64,000 bases of DNA from Macrostomum hystrix. Taxonomy: Eukaryota > Animalia > Platyhelminthes. The translations under genes and the position numbers were made by a program. Below the pieces are notes generated by a model that had not been told where the DNA came from, made no database searches, and saw only the letters and a program-made list of their open reading frames with translations. Position 1 is the stretch's first letter. Each line of letters opens with the position of its first letter. Where the stretch lies: positions 2,914,001 to 2,978,000 of the forward strand of contig CATNEN010000039.1 in the NCBI GenBank assembly GCA_950097015.1, given 5' to 3'. This document shows, one piece after another, positions 18,901 to 30,380 of this stretch.

Positions 18901-19943
18901 TTTCCTCTATCTTTATCCCAATTTCCACCGTCCTCCCATTTTCTGTATCCTCCTCCAACTCTCATTTATCATCCTAGCTCTTTTCTGCTGCATCTGCTTT
19001 GGCAACAATTAATTTTCCCCCAGGTAAATAATTCAGCTAGTCGCTAATTGCTGCACAACACCATACCGGTCAGCAAGAATTCGAACCCAAGATTTCCAAC
19101 GGGAATTCTCAGTGCAGCTTGATGAAACGCCGTAGGCCTATCTAACCTGGAGACAGTCCCCATGTTAGACTAGCAGCGGCGGCAGCATCCTTGGCCTCGG
19201 TGAGTCACACTCGCCCACAGTTTCGTGAGACAGTCCGCCGGGCCCAGATTTGCATAAACAAACGGTACCCGGGGCGATGGCGACAGATGCCCCCCATACA
19301 CAGTCCAGGATGAAGCAATTCTTGCAACTACCATGTCATCTTTTCCTGCTTCGGGTCTGAAAGCTTGGACCTGGGGATCGCAGCTGACAGCTTATAACAT
19401 GGCGTGACAGCGGATTGCACAACTCTTCATCTCCCTGCATTCTGAGAGTTCCGTGCGCCAGGTGACCCAGGCTTGTCAAACTGAATCCATGCTGACCTAT
19501 TTGCTGAACAGTTGAGGGTTGTATTGGTATTTGAAGAAAAACTGATTTTTAAGTAGCCGTGATAAATTCGCGAGGACCATTATATTCCATTCACACAGAT
19601 AAATTATATACAGGATATTTTTTTGCGAATCAAAACTAACAAAAACTATGCGTTTCAAATTATAATTAATTCAATAACGAGACACGACAGCGACTTGCTC
19701 ATGTTGTTCTAAAAATAGAAAGAAAACTATGAGTCAACCATTTTGAGCTATAAATAGAAACTGAATTTTTCTATAAAAAGAATGGAAACGAGGGAGTTAC
19801 CCCTCCGAGATACTAAGAAGACATTTTAAAGCCAAAATTTACAGCCAGCCATTTACAGAGAACGCCATAACAGCAGGCCAAATTAGTGACAGAAATTTCC
19901 ACATTTTAAATAAAAAGGCAGCCGCCATCAACCGCCAGGTGTT

Positions 19944-21655
19944 TTAGACGAGTGTGGCAAAGTAGATAATGTCTGGACTGTCGCAGTCCGTCAAGCACTC
20001 TGTGCGATACAGCCTGAAGCTCCTAGCCGCTTTTCTGCCGAAACAGGGCAAGCGTGGCGCCAGATGCTGCTGCTGCCGATGCAGCCGATGGGGACAGCAA
20101 TTTTGCAGCTGGTCTGAATCTGATAGAGCCATGCTGCTGACTCCCGTGTCACTGTCGCCGCCACCACCACCGACGCAGCCGACGGCCCTAAAGTCGGAAC
20201 TCACCAGCGTTGCTGTTGTTGACAGCAAACGAACCTCCAATACCTGACGGCTGCGTCGGCGGCGGTGACACCGGCGACTGCTGCGATCTTCGGCTGCTTC
20301 CTCAGTCACCGGTGTCGGTTCAACCAGGTTCAGCCGGCGCATCCAGTCCCGAATGACCTGTCCGGACTCGTCCTGCGCATTCGCCGAGCGGCACTCGGTC
20401 GTCCTTTCCCTGTCGACGCCGTCCGCTTCATCCTCAGTTTCGTCCACTTCAAAGGTGACTCGCCGGCGTCGGCGAAGGCGCACCCGGAGTCGATAAGTGG
20501 ACTGGCGGCGCCGGCTGAGGCGGCGGAGCAGTCGCTCCACTGGGAGGTTGTCGCGAACTCGCTTCAGCTTGCCTTTGTGAGGTTTCGGAGTGAGGGAAAT
20601 GCGAGGCCAATCACTTGAATGAGTACCTGAATAAAGGAAACCTGAGCATACACCTGACAGGGGGCTGAGTGGCAGAGCGGTTAACGCATTTGCCTCTAGC
20701 ACCAAGGTCCCTGAGTTCGATTCCGCGGAGAGGCCCCATTTATTTAGAGAGAAGGCTTGTGGGCTTGTAGTGTGACTTACGCCGTTGAGGGTCAACCTCC
20801 ATGGTACAGTGAGAGTGTACACCTCCATGGTACAGTGAGAGTGTACACCTCCATGGTACAGTGAGAGTGTACACCTCCATGGTACAGTGAGAGTGTACAC
20901 CTCCATGGTACAGTGAGAGTGTACACCTCCATGGTACAGTGAAAGTGTACACCTCCATGGTACAGTGAGAGTGTAAACCTCCATGGTACAGTGAAAGTGT
21001 ACACCTCCATGGTACAGTGAGAGTGTACACTGCCTGACGATGAGAAAATCAGGGCAGATGTACACACCTGTGTAAGCGTATTTCTGCGTACAGTATCTGA
21101 CTCCTGTGTGCGTGTGTGCTCAGGAGCTGGCTGCGGGTCTGGTTTCACCAACTGATATGACATTGCCCGCAGCCCTCCTGCAAAGTATTGCTACTATTAA
21201 TATTATTAGTATTGTTGTTATTATTATTACACACCTGACAGCTCAACAACCAGTTCGTAGCGCCGAGTATCGGCCTGCAGGCACTCGGCATTCAGATCCG
21301 CATCCAGCTCGCACTCGCAGCAGCAGCCGCTGGCGGTGGCTGCGGCGGAGGAGGCGGCCGCGACTCGCTGAAACCAGAGCAGCGCGTAGACCAAGTCCTT
21401 GCACAGAGCCGCGTCGTCCAGGGACCCCAGGCCGGCCAGCCTGTACAGCCTGCCGCAGAAGGACACGTCCAGCTCGTTCATTGCGTCGACCGCATGTTCA
21501 GCAGGCTGCTCGAGCTGGCATCGTTTTTTGCGGCTCAGCTGCTGCTGCTGCCGATTGCGTCCTCGATGCTGTTTCAAGCTTGCAGCTGGACATAAAAACG
21601 AGTCAGCAGATGACACGGACGAAGCGTATGGGTACCAGTGCGAGTACCGATTCAT
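19944..21655 (-). CDS. N-terminal RASSF family protein (RASSF9/RASSF10-like), 2 exons, ~376 aa
   Basis: Exon 1 21655-21235 and exon 2 20653-19944; in-frame alternative acceptors would start exon 2 at 20641 or 20626. RA-domain-like ELDVSFCG..LAGL..CKDLVYALL..YELV, the RASSF9/10-type C-terminal motif DSDTGVSSM..SDSD, and a PDZ-ligand-like end ATLV*. Confidence 0.75.
20661..21230 (+). mobile_element. Full-length tRNA-derived SINE family A with (TTA)n tail and 11-bp TSD; constitutes the RASSF intron
   Basis: Head GGGGCT..GGCCCC, A-box TGGCAGAGCGG, B-box GAGTTCGATTCC, TTA-rich tail ~21195-21229. TSD ACACCTGACAG at 20650-20660 and 21231-21241. A homologous copy lies at 5366-5630. Confidence 0.85.
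20797..21030. repeat. 26-bp minisatellite x9 (CCTCCATGGTACAGTGAGAGTGTACA) inside the SINE
   Basis: Tandem copies; the corresponding segment is single-copy in the SINE at ~5467-5491. Confidence 0.95.
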
Positions 21656-22099
21656 GATGGTCAGCTTTCTGATTGCTCAGCAGCAGATGGCTTCAGCGGT
21701 CCCCGAATCCGCCTTTAAAATGAGACAGAAGAAAGAAAATCTTCAGCGGATTTCTAGCCCCAGGGCTTCTCCGATTGGACGGGATCCCATTTTCCCACGG
21801 CCCGCCGCGGCGGTCGCCGTTTCTTTTACTTTCCATACACACTCGCGATTTCTCTGCCCCAGTTTTGGACTTTTTTTTCCTAATTCGACCCCCGCCAGAA
21901 AAGATATTAATGAGCCCATGAATATTTATTCCAGGAAACGCTGATCCGAACAATCAAACTGACTACTCGAATCCCTGAATCCCAGGCTCCGCAGCAACAG
22001 TTCTTGTTTCGTCAAAGAAAATTTTGCATAAAATTTTAGGCATAAAAATACAATGTCATTTGAGAGCGTTGACAAATGTCGTGTTTGAAATGCTCGTCC

Positions 22100-25000
22100 C
22101 TTCTGTCTCTTCTCTCTTCTCTTCTCTCTTCTCTCATCTCTTCTCTTCCCTTCTGTTCTTCTCTCTCCCCCCTTCTGTTCTTCTCTCTCCCCCTTCTGTT
22201 CTTCTCTCTCCCCTTCTGTTCTTCTCTCTCCCCCTTCTGTTCTTCTCTCTCTCCCCTTCTGTTCTTCTCTCTCCCCCATTCTGTTCTTCTCTCTCCCCAT
22301 TCTGTTCTTCTCTCTCCCCTTCTGTTCTTCTCTCTCTCCCACTCTGTTCTTCTCTCTCCCCTTCTGTTCTTCTCTCTCCCCCCTTCTGTTCTTCTCTCTC
22401 CCCTTCTGTTCTTCTCTCTCTCCCATTCTGTTCTTCTCTCTCCCCCCTTCTGTTCTTCTCTCTCCCCTTCTGTTCTTCTCTCTCTCCCCCTTCTGTTCTT
22501 CTCTCTCACCCTTCTGTTCTTCTCTCTCTCCCACTCTGCTCTTCTCTCTCTCCCACTCTGTTCTTCTCTCTCCCCTTCTGTTCTTCTCTCTCCCCCCTTC
22601 TGTTCTTCTCTCTCCCCCCTTCTGTTCTTCTCTCTCCCTTCTGTTCTTCTCTCTCCCCTTCAGTTCTTCTCTCTCCCCTTCTGTTCTTCTCTCTCTCCCC
22701 TTCTGTTCTTCTCTCTCCCCCATTCTGTTCTTCTCTCTCCCCTTCTGTTCTTCTCTCTCTCCCATTCTGTTCTTCTCTCTCTCCCACTCTGTTCTTCTCT
22801 CTCCCCTTCTGTTCTTCTCTCTCCCCCCTTCTGTTCTTCTCTCTCCCCTTCTGTTCTTCTCTCTCTCCCATTCTGTTCTTCTCTCTCCCCCTTCTGTTCT
22901 TCTCTCTCCCCCACTCTGTTCTTCTCTCTCCCCTTCTGTTCTTCTCTTTCTCCCCTTCTGTTCTTCTCTCTCCCCCATTCTGTTCTTCTCTCTCCCCCTT
23001 CTGTTCTTCTCTCTCCCCTTCTGTTCTTCTCTCTCTCCCCTTCTGTTCTTCTCTCTCTCCCATTCTGTTCTTCTCTCTCCCCCTTCTGTTCTTCTCTCTC
23101 CCCCACTCTGTTCTTCTCTCTCCCCCTTCTGTTCTTCTCTCTCCCTTCTGTTCTTCTCTCTCTCCCATTCTGTTCTTCTCTCTCCCCCTTCTGTTCTTCT
23201 CTCTCCCCCACTCTGTTCTTCTCTCTCCCCTTTCTGTTCTTCTCTCTCCCTTCTGTTCTTCTCTCTCCCCTTCTGTTCTTCTCTCTCCCCCACTCTGTTC
23301 TTCTCTCTCCCCCTTCTGTTCTTCTCTCTCCCCCTTCTGTTCTTCTCTCTTCCCCTTCTGTTCTTCTCTTTCTCCCCTTCTGTTCTTCTCTCTCCCCCAT
23401 TCTGTTCTTCTCTCTCCCCCTTCTGTTCTTCTCTCTCCCCTTCTGTTCTTCTCTCTCTCCCCTTCTGTTCTTCTCTCTCTCCCATTCTGTTCTTCTCTCT
23501 CCCCCTTCTGTTCTTCTCTCTCTCCCATTCTGTTCTTCTCTCTCCCCCTTCTGTTCTTCTCTCTCCCCCACTCTGTTCTTCTCTCTCCCCCCTTCTGTTC
23601 TTCTCTCTCCCCTTCTGTTCTTCTCTCTCTCCCATTCTGTTCTTCTCTCTCCCCTTCTGTTCTTCTCTCTCTCCCCTTCTGTTCTTCTCTCTCTCCCATT
23701 CTGTTCTTCTCTCTCTCCCCTTCTGTTCTTCTCTCTCTCCCATTCTGTTCTTCTCTCTCCCCCTTCTGTTCTTCTCTCTCCCTTCTGTTCTTCTCTCTCC
23801 CCTTCAGTTCTTTTCTCACCCCCTTCTGTTCTTCTCTCTCTCCCCCTTCTGTTCTTCTCTCTCCCCTTCTGTTCTTCTCTCTCCCCCTTCTGTTCTTCTC
23901 TCTCCCACTCTGTTCTTCTCTCCCCCTTCTGTCTTCTCTCTCTCCCATTCTGTTGTTCTCTTTTCACCATGGCTCTGTCTTCGATTTCCCAGGCCCACAA
24001 TGTTCCCACTTTCATCCGCTCTGTTCGCCTCGAATCCCGAATCAATCCTCTATGAATCCGGGCCATTCTCTCTCCCCCTTCTGTTCTTCTCTCTCCCTTC
24101 TGTTCTTCTCTCTCCCCCTTCTGTTCTTCTCTCTCCCCTTCAGTTCTTCTCTCTCCCCCTTCTGTTCTTCTCTCTCTCCCATTCTGTTCTTCTCTTTTCA
24201 CCATGGCTCTGTCTTCGATTTCCCAGGCCCACAATGTTCCCACTTTCATCCGCTCTGTTCGCCTCGAATCCCGAATCAATCCTCTATGAATCCGGGCCAT
24301 TCTCTCTCCCCCTTCTGTTCTTCTCTCTCCCTTCTGTTCTTCTCTCTCCCCCTTCTATTCTTCTCTCTCCCCTTCAGTTCTTCTCTCTCCCCCTTCTGTT
24401 CTTCTCTCTCTCCCATTCTGTTCTTCTCTCTCCCCTTCTGTTCTTCTCTCTCTCCCATTCTGTTCTTCTCTCTCCCCTTCTGTTCTTCTCTCTCTCCCAT
24501 TCTGTTCTTCTCTCTCCCCCTTCTGTTCTTCTCTCTCCCTTCTGTTCTTCTCTCTCCCCTTCAGTTCTTCTCTCACCCCCTTCAGTTCTTCTCTCTCCCC
24601 CTTCTGTTCTTCTCTCTCTCCCATTCTGTTCTTCTCTCTCTCCCCTTCTGTTCTTCTCTCTCTCCCATTCTGTTCTTCTCTCTCCCCCTTCTGTTCTTCT
24701 CTCTCCCCCATTCTGTTCTTCTCTCTCCCCTTCTGTTCTTCTCTCTCTCCCATTCTGTTCTTCTCTCTCTCCCCTTCTGTTCTTCTCTCTCCCCCATTAT
24801 GTTCTTCTCTCTCCCCTTCTGTTCTTCTCTCTCTCCCATTCTGTTCTTCTCTCTCTCCCACTCTGTTCTTCTCTCTCCCCTTCTGTTCTTCTCTCTCCCC
24901 CCTTCTGTTCTTCTCTCTCCCCTTCTGTTCTTCTCTCTCTCCCATTCTGTTCTTCTCTCTCCCCCTTCTGTTCTTCTCTCTCCCCCACTCTGTTCTTCTC

Positions 25001-25894
25001 TCTCCCCCTTCTGTTCTTCTCTCTCCCTTCTGTTCTTCTCTCTCCCCTTCAGTTCTTCTCTCACCCCCTTCTGTTCTTCTCTCTCTCCCCCTTCTGTTCT
25101 TCTCTCTCCCCCTTCTGTTCTTCTCTCTCCCCCTTCTGTTCTTCTCTCTCCCCTTCTGTTCTTCTCTCTCTCCCATTCTGTTCTTCTCTCTCCCCCTTCT
25201 GTTCTTCTCTCTCCCCTTCAGTTCTTCTCTCTCCCCCTTCTGTTCTTCTCTCTCCCTTCTGTTCTTCTCTCTCCCCCTTCTGTTCTTCTCTCTCCCCTTC
25301 AGTTCTTCTCTCTCCCCCTTCTGTTCTTCTCTCTCCCCCTTCTGTTCTTCTCTCTCCCCCTTCTGTTCTTCTCTCTCCCCCTTCAGTTCTTCTCTCACCC
25401 CCTTCTGTTCTTCTCTCTCTCCCTTCTGTTCTTCTCTCTCCCCCTTCTGTTCTTCTCTCTCCCCCTTCAGTTCTTCTCTCACCCCCTTCTGTTCTTCTCT
25501 CTCTCCCCCTTCTGTTCTTCTCTCTCCCCTTCTGTTCTTCTCTCTCCCCCCCACTCTGTTCTTCTCTCTCCCCCTTCTGTTCTTCTCTCTCCCTTCTGTT
25601 CTTCTCTCTCCCCTTCAGTTCTTCTCTCACCCCCTTCTGTTCTTCTCTCTCTCCCCCTTCTGTTCTTCTCTCTCCCCTTCTGTTCTTCTCTCTCCCCCTT
25701 CTGTTCTTCTCTCTCCCCTTCTGTTCTTCTCTCTCCCACTCTGTTCTTCTCTCCCCCTTCTGTCTTCTCTCTCTCCCATTCTGTTGTTCTCTTTTCACCA
25801 TGGCTCTGTCTTCGATTTCCCAGGCCCACAATGTTCCCACTTTCATCCGCTCTGTTCGCCTTGAATCCCGAATCAATCCTCTATGAATCCGGGC
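22100..25894. repeat. CT-rich ~21-bp minisatellite (TTCTGTTCTTCTCTCTCCCC) with three copies of a ~100-bp complex cassette
   Basis: 3.8-kb pyrimidine array; cassette at 23961-24064, 24195-24298 and 25792-25894. Confidence 0.95.
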
Positions 25895-26242
25895 TTTCTC
25901 TCAATTCCCAGCCAGCCATGTCTGACAAGCCTGAGAGCACTCAGACAGCTAAAAAAACTGGCATCTGCGCTCAGCCAAATTTGTTCGTTTCTGGATTTGC
26001 TTATCAGTACTTTAAGTCCTCCATCGAAATGCACTGAAATGAATTCTGCTACTTTGAGCCTTTTTCTATAAATGTACTCTTAGAAATCGGAACTCACTAC
26101 TTTTGCAATTTAACTTAAAGTAGTAAGAAAGGAATTTTTTCTTGGAAACTTACAGGTACTAATTACTTTAACTATCAAAGAATACTTGACCTGTAAAAAA
26201 AACTTTGATTCTGTGTAATGCTATTTTAAGACTAGCCTAGAA

Positions 26243-26515
26243 GGGGTTTCAGCTTAGTGTTTAGGGCGTCCGACTCACGACTTAAAGGTCGGGGGTTCGA
26301 TTCCAGACTCTAAGTGGAACATTTGTCTCGTTTAGCAAGACATTTAGCTCTGCATTGCTTCAGTTCACCCAGCTGTTAAATGGGTACCAGCATTAGCTTG
26401 GGTAATTAAGGGTGGGTGAGGCGTCCCCCCAGTCCATGGACTGAACATCTGTACACAGATTTCAGATGCCATGCGCCATAGATTTGGCTGTACTGTCGGC
26501 TGCACATCTGGCCCA
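26243..26515 (+). mobile_element. tRNA-derived SINE family B
   Basis: tRNA-like head with B-box GGTTCGATTCC; body cacccagctgttaaatgggtacc..ccagtccatggactgaaca..ggctgtactgtcggctg, matched by an inverted copy at 45960-46187. Confidence 0.8.
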
Positions 26516-26574
26516 ATCGACGCAGGTATAATTAATTAATTAGCAAATTATAAATTAAGACTCTGGATTATTAA

Positions 26575-26892
26575 TATCAGATTCTGTGCAGATGTTATAT
26601 CAGATTCTGTACAGATATAACATCAGATTCTGTACAGATGTAATATCAGATTCTGTACAGATGTAATATCAGATTCTGTACAGATGTAATATCAGATTCT
26701 GTACAGATATAATATCAGATTCTGTGCAGATGTAATATCAGATTCTGTACAGATGTAATATCAGATTCTGTACAGATATAATATCAGATTCTGTGCAGAT
26801 GTAATATCAGATTCTGTGCAGATATAATATCAGATTCTGTACAGATATAATATCAGATTCTGTGCAGATGTAATATCAGATTCTGTGCAGAT
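26575..26892. repeat. 23-bp minisatellite (ATCAGATTCTGTACAGATGTAAT)
   Basis: About 14 tandem copies. Confidence 0.95.
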
Positions 26893-27649
26893 GAAGTTTC
26901 TGATACAGTACATTTGATTCCCAATCCAAATTTTTAAGCAGAGACAGGACATGTTCATATGTTTGTTGTAGTCTTCTTCTGCAGTCGAATCAAGCAGCAA
27001 AGTGGGGTGCAGAGTCAACAGCAAATTTGTAACCATTTTTAAAGATACAAGCGAGGGTAAAATGCAGCATCAGCACTGAAAACCTTGGCTCCCAAGTGCT
27101 TCAACATTGTTTAGATACAAACAGTTCTCAATGAAGAGCAGATACAAAACCTTGAGAGGAAATCCAAAGCGCGACAATTGGCCATTCTGCTGTGAGCAGT
27201 CGGCTTCGCCCGAGCTGCGCAGGTGCTGTCAAGCAGAGGCAGGTGACACGCAAGCAGCATGAAGTCCTCCAGCCACCGCCTGCACTCGCTAAGTGAAACG
27301 GGAAACGAGGCGGGCGGGGGGTGGGCAGTGAATGCTCACTCATTCGAGATCCCACCGGCTGGCGCTGAGAAATTTGTTTTTTTTCGTCCAACTTCGGACA
27401 CTTCAAATCCCCTTGCGCTGCGTACCTGCTTTCACCTTTTAATTATCCCCCTGTTCTGCCAGTCTTCCTGTAACTGTACAAAACATGTAACTTGCAGCTG
27501 GCATTCAATAGCTATTAATTATTCATTTGTGCTTTTTCTAGAGCGGATACTGAGCCCAGCTTCAAGTGCAAAACAATAATTTACCTGAACTCCTCTCTCT
27601 GCCTCTCCATAACACCCTGCACCTCTCCCTGCTTCTCTTCTCCGTTCAA

Positions 27650-27844
27650 TGTTCTCCCCTTCTGTATCTCCTCCCTCCCTGCATATCCTTATCTCCCTGC
27701 ATCTCCTCCCCTCCCTGCATCTCCTCCCTGCATCTCCTCATCTCCCTGCATCTCCCCCCTCCCTGAATCTCCTCCCTGAATCTCCTCCCTGAATCTCCTC
27801 CCTGCATCTCCTCCCTGCATCTCCTCATATCCCTGCATCTCCTC
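27650..27844. repeat. Left part of an 18-bp C-rich minisatellite (CTCCCTGCATCTCCTCCC) split by the Polinton-like insertion
   Basis: Same unit and same orientation as 32608-33920. Confidence 0.85.
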
Positions 27845-28149
27845 AGTAGTATGCAAGAGGGCCTACCCTCGTATCTGGGACAAACGTTTTCGCAGTCTCC
27901 ATAATACACATTATATTAGCTTTATTGTTTCCGCAGAGATCAGGAACAAAGGGTCCTCCCCTCTCCAAAAATCTGTCGCTAAATTAAAAATTTTCTACTT
28001 TAATTCTTTAAGTACATATTCCACAATAGGTACTTAAAATGGGTCACAATCATTCCGAGTTATATTCTGTGAGTATCGTTTTCTAGGACAGACATCATCG
28101 CAGCCTCCATATTAACTTTATTATTCCCAAAGAGATCAGGAAAAAGGGT

Positions 28150-28375
28150 AACAATGAGTTGCAGATCTGAATTTCATTTCATCTTGATCGGACTTAGTTA
28201 ATGGAACAGTCTGAATAGCGGCAGTCTTTTTCTGTAATTCCATCATCATATAAATTAATTGTTCAAATCATTGGTCAACTAAGAAATAGTTTGAGCTAAT
28301 ATATAAGAGTCACTTCCAGTAAAGAGATACGCAACAGAATTAGGGACATGCTTTTTGGTTTCAGGGTTTATAGTG
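28150..28375 (-). pseudogene. Probable remnant of a Polinton protein-primed DNA polymerase B N-terminal region
   Basis: Broken minus-strand frames read KKHVPNSVAYLF and VPLTKSDQDEMKFRSATHCY, resembling the H-x-P-x-S and F-x-x-AT-x-C(Y/H)IC segments of Polinton PolB. Truncated at the TIR. Recognised by eye only. Confidence 0.55.
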
Positions 28376-28800
28376 CAATAATTTTTTTATGCAAGCGGTC
28401 TGTTCTTAGCACCCAATATCGCAGACATTGTAAAATGTTTGGATTTTCTTATCAGAAGTAATCTCAGCCTTGATTGGGTATTTAACGGAAAGCGAACAAA
28501 TATTTGGTACAACATCTGAAACTCTGTTGCTGGAGGACAGATGCTGGTAGAGAAACCAAATCCAGTGAAAAGAGTTGAGTATTGAGTAATAAGGAGATTC
28601 ACGAGATTGTGCTGCAGTTTGAAACTGAAGATGGTGCTGGCGTTGATTTCAACGGTGATGAATTTGTATTGACGTTGATCATTGAGAGAATGAGAGAAAA
28701 AATAACAATAGCTTAATGATTTCTGCAAAGTTATAGTGGCTGTCGTAATCTTTTATGGCCACTCCATACTTGTGATACCAGTGACTCTTAACTGCTAGAT

Positions 28801-29846
28801 TAATATAGCTTTTTTCAGACTATTTGGGCTTACGCGCATTTAATTTAATCCGGGATATGTTTGTCAATGTAACTGAGCTTTAGTCTGTGGTCACAAGGGT
28901 GGCGCAGCAGCATTTAATTTAGTCCAAGAAGCATCAATTTGGTCCATAGCGGCTCTCTAACTTCAGTCCTAGATTTTTAATCTATTTAGAATTAACATGA
29001 CGGACACAAGCAGTGAGGACGAAAGCAATCCTTCATTTGCAACTGCTGCGGAGGAACAAGATCAGCCCCAGAATCGTGGACCATATGCTAGACTATCGAA
29101 TGAGCGCCACGGACTTGTGATCGAAGCACTCGACAGAGGTGAACACCCAAATGACATTGCAAGGTTGCTGAATGTCAAAGAAAAGACTATTTATAGCATC
29201 CGTCAGCGGGTTGAAACTACTGGCAGAAGAGATCGTCTGCGAAGGGGCGGCAACCGCCAAAGCAAGTTGTTGGAGCCTCAGGTCCAACTGCTACTAGATG
29301 CAATTGAAGCAAACCCTCTGTTGACGTTGCAGCAAATGCAGCAGAAGTTGAACCAACAGTTTCAGTTGGTTGTCAGCATTTCGACTATCAGCAGAGCTCT
29401 GGAAAAGCGACTGATAACACTGAAAATTCTTGGAAGAGACACTGACATTCCAATGGTACGCAACAGCCCTCAGACGGTTGCGAGAAGGCAGGAATTTGCT
29501 GAATGGCTAACGGCTCTTGACCCTGCGGTTTATCTGGTTTATCTAGACGAGACTGGATTCAACATTTGGACTCGAATTCGAATGATCTTGTTCCTCCGCA
29601 GCAGTTGCAAATGAAGCATTGCTTTCGTCCTCACTGCTTGTGTCCGTCATGTTAATTCTAAATAGATTAAAAATCTAGGACTGAAGTTAGAGAGCCGCTA
29701 TGGACCAAATTGATGCTTCTTGGACTAAATTAAATGCTGCTGCGCCACCCTTGTGACCACAGACTAAAGCTCAGTTACATTGACAAACATATCCCGGATT
29801 AAATTAAATGCGCGTAAGCCCAAATAGTCTGAAAAAAGCTATATTA
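28801..29846 (+). mobile_element. Tc1/IS630-superfamily fold-back derivative with TA target site
   Basis: 264-bp inverted repeats (28801-29064 and 29583-29846, 1 mismatch seen) including the terminal TA, enclosing a truncated transposase. Confidence 0.9.
28997..29614 (+). pseudogene. Truncated Tc1/IS630-like transposase (HTH domains plus first catalytic Asp only)
   Basis: DIARLLNV..TIYSI; RRGGNR linker; NPLLTLQQM..VSISTISRAL; YLDETGFN. The ORF then runs into the inverted repeat. Confidence 0.88.
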
Positions 29847-30380
29847 CGAACATTTATTGTAGTTAGCCTACGCGTTTTGAAACGAGGTTGAAACTAGCGG
29901 CAGCCTGCCCTCTGCTGTTGTCTATGGTCGAATTCCATAGATATGCACTGCGGGCGGGCCGTGAAACGCGTTTCACGCCCGCTAACTACGAGTACAACAC
30001 CAATATTGATAGGCTCCTCGGCCTGAAACGAGGTGAAGCGCCTCGGCGCTACGCGCCTCAACGTTTTACCTCGTTTCAGCCCTCTGCAGCCTATACCAAT
30101 ATATCAATATTGGTATATTGTGTCTAGAGATCGCGGGCCATATCGTGGAAATAATCGTCTGTGTGCTGCCCCGGAATTCGTAGTCTACGGACGAATTTGT
30201 GCCAGAAAATTAAACGTCCGGGATATGTAACGTATATTTAGCACATTTAACCATTGATGAACTATAGATCGATTGAACGTAGGTTTTGTCATTAATACTA
30301 CTACCAAGGACACACTAAGCAATTCGTCCACTGCTTATAGCTATTCACCGCTTTCATACAGTCACAAGAATAAGCTAATT

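Noticed and set aside
20661-20738. tRNA genes (also 26243, 46110-46187, 12050-12110)
   Set aside because: A/B boxes are present but the anticodon and T stems are broken. Most continue into a shared body and tail, so they are SINE heads or fragments.
21926-26037. Many long ORFs (up to 1337 aa)
   Set aside because: Artefacts of the CT-rich minisatellite.
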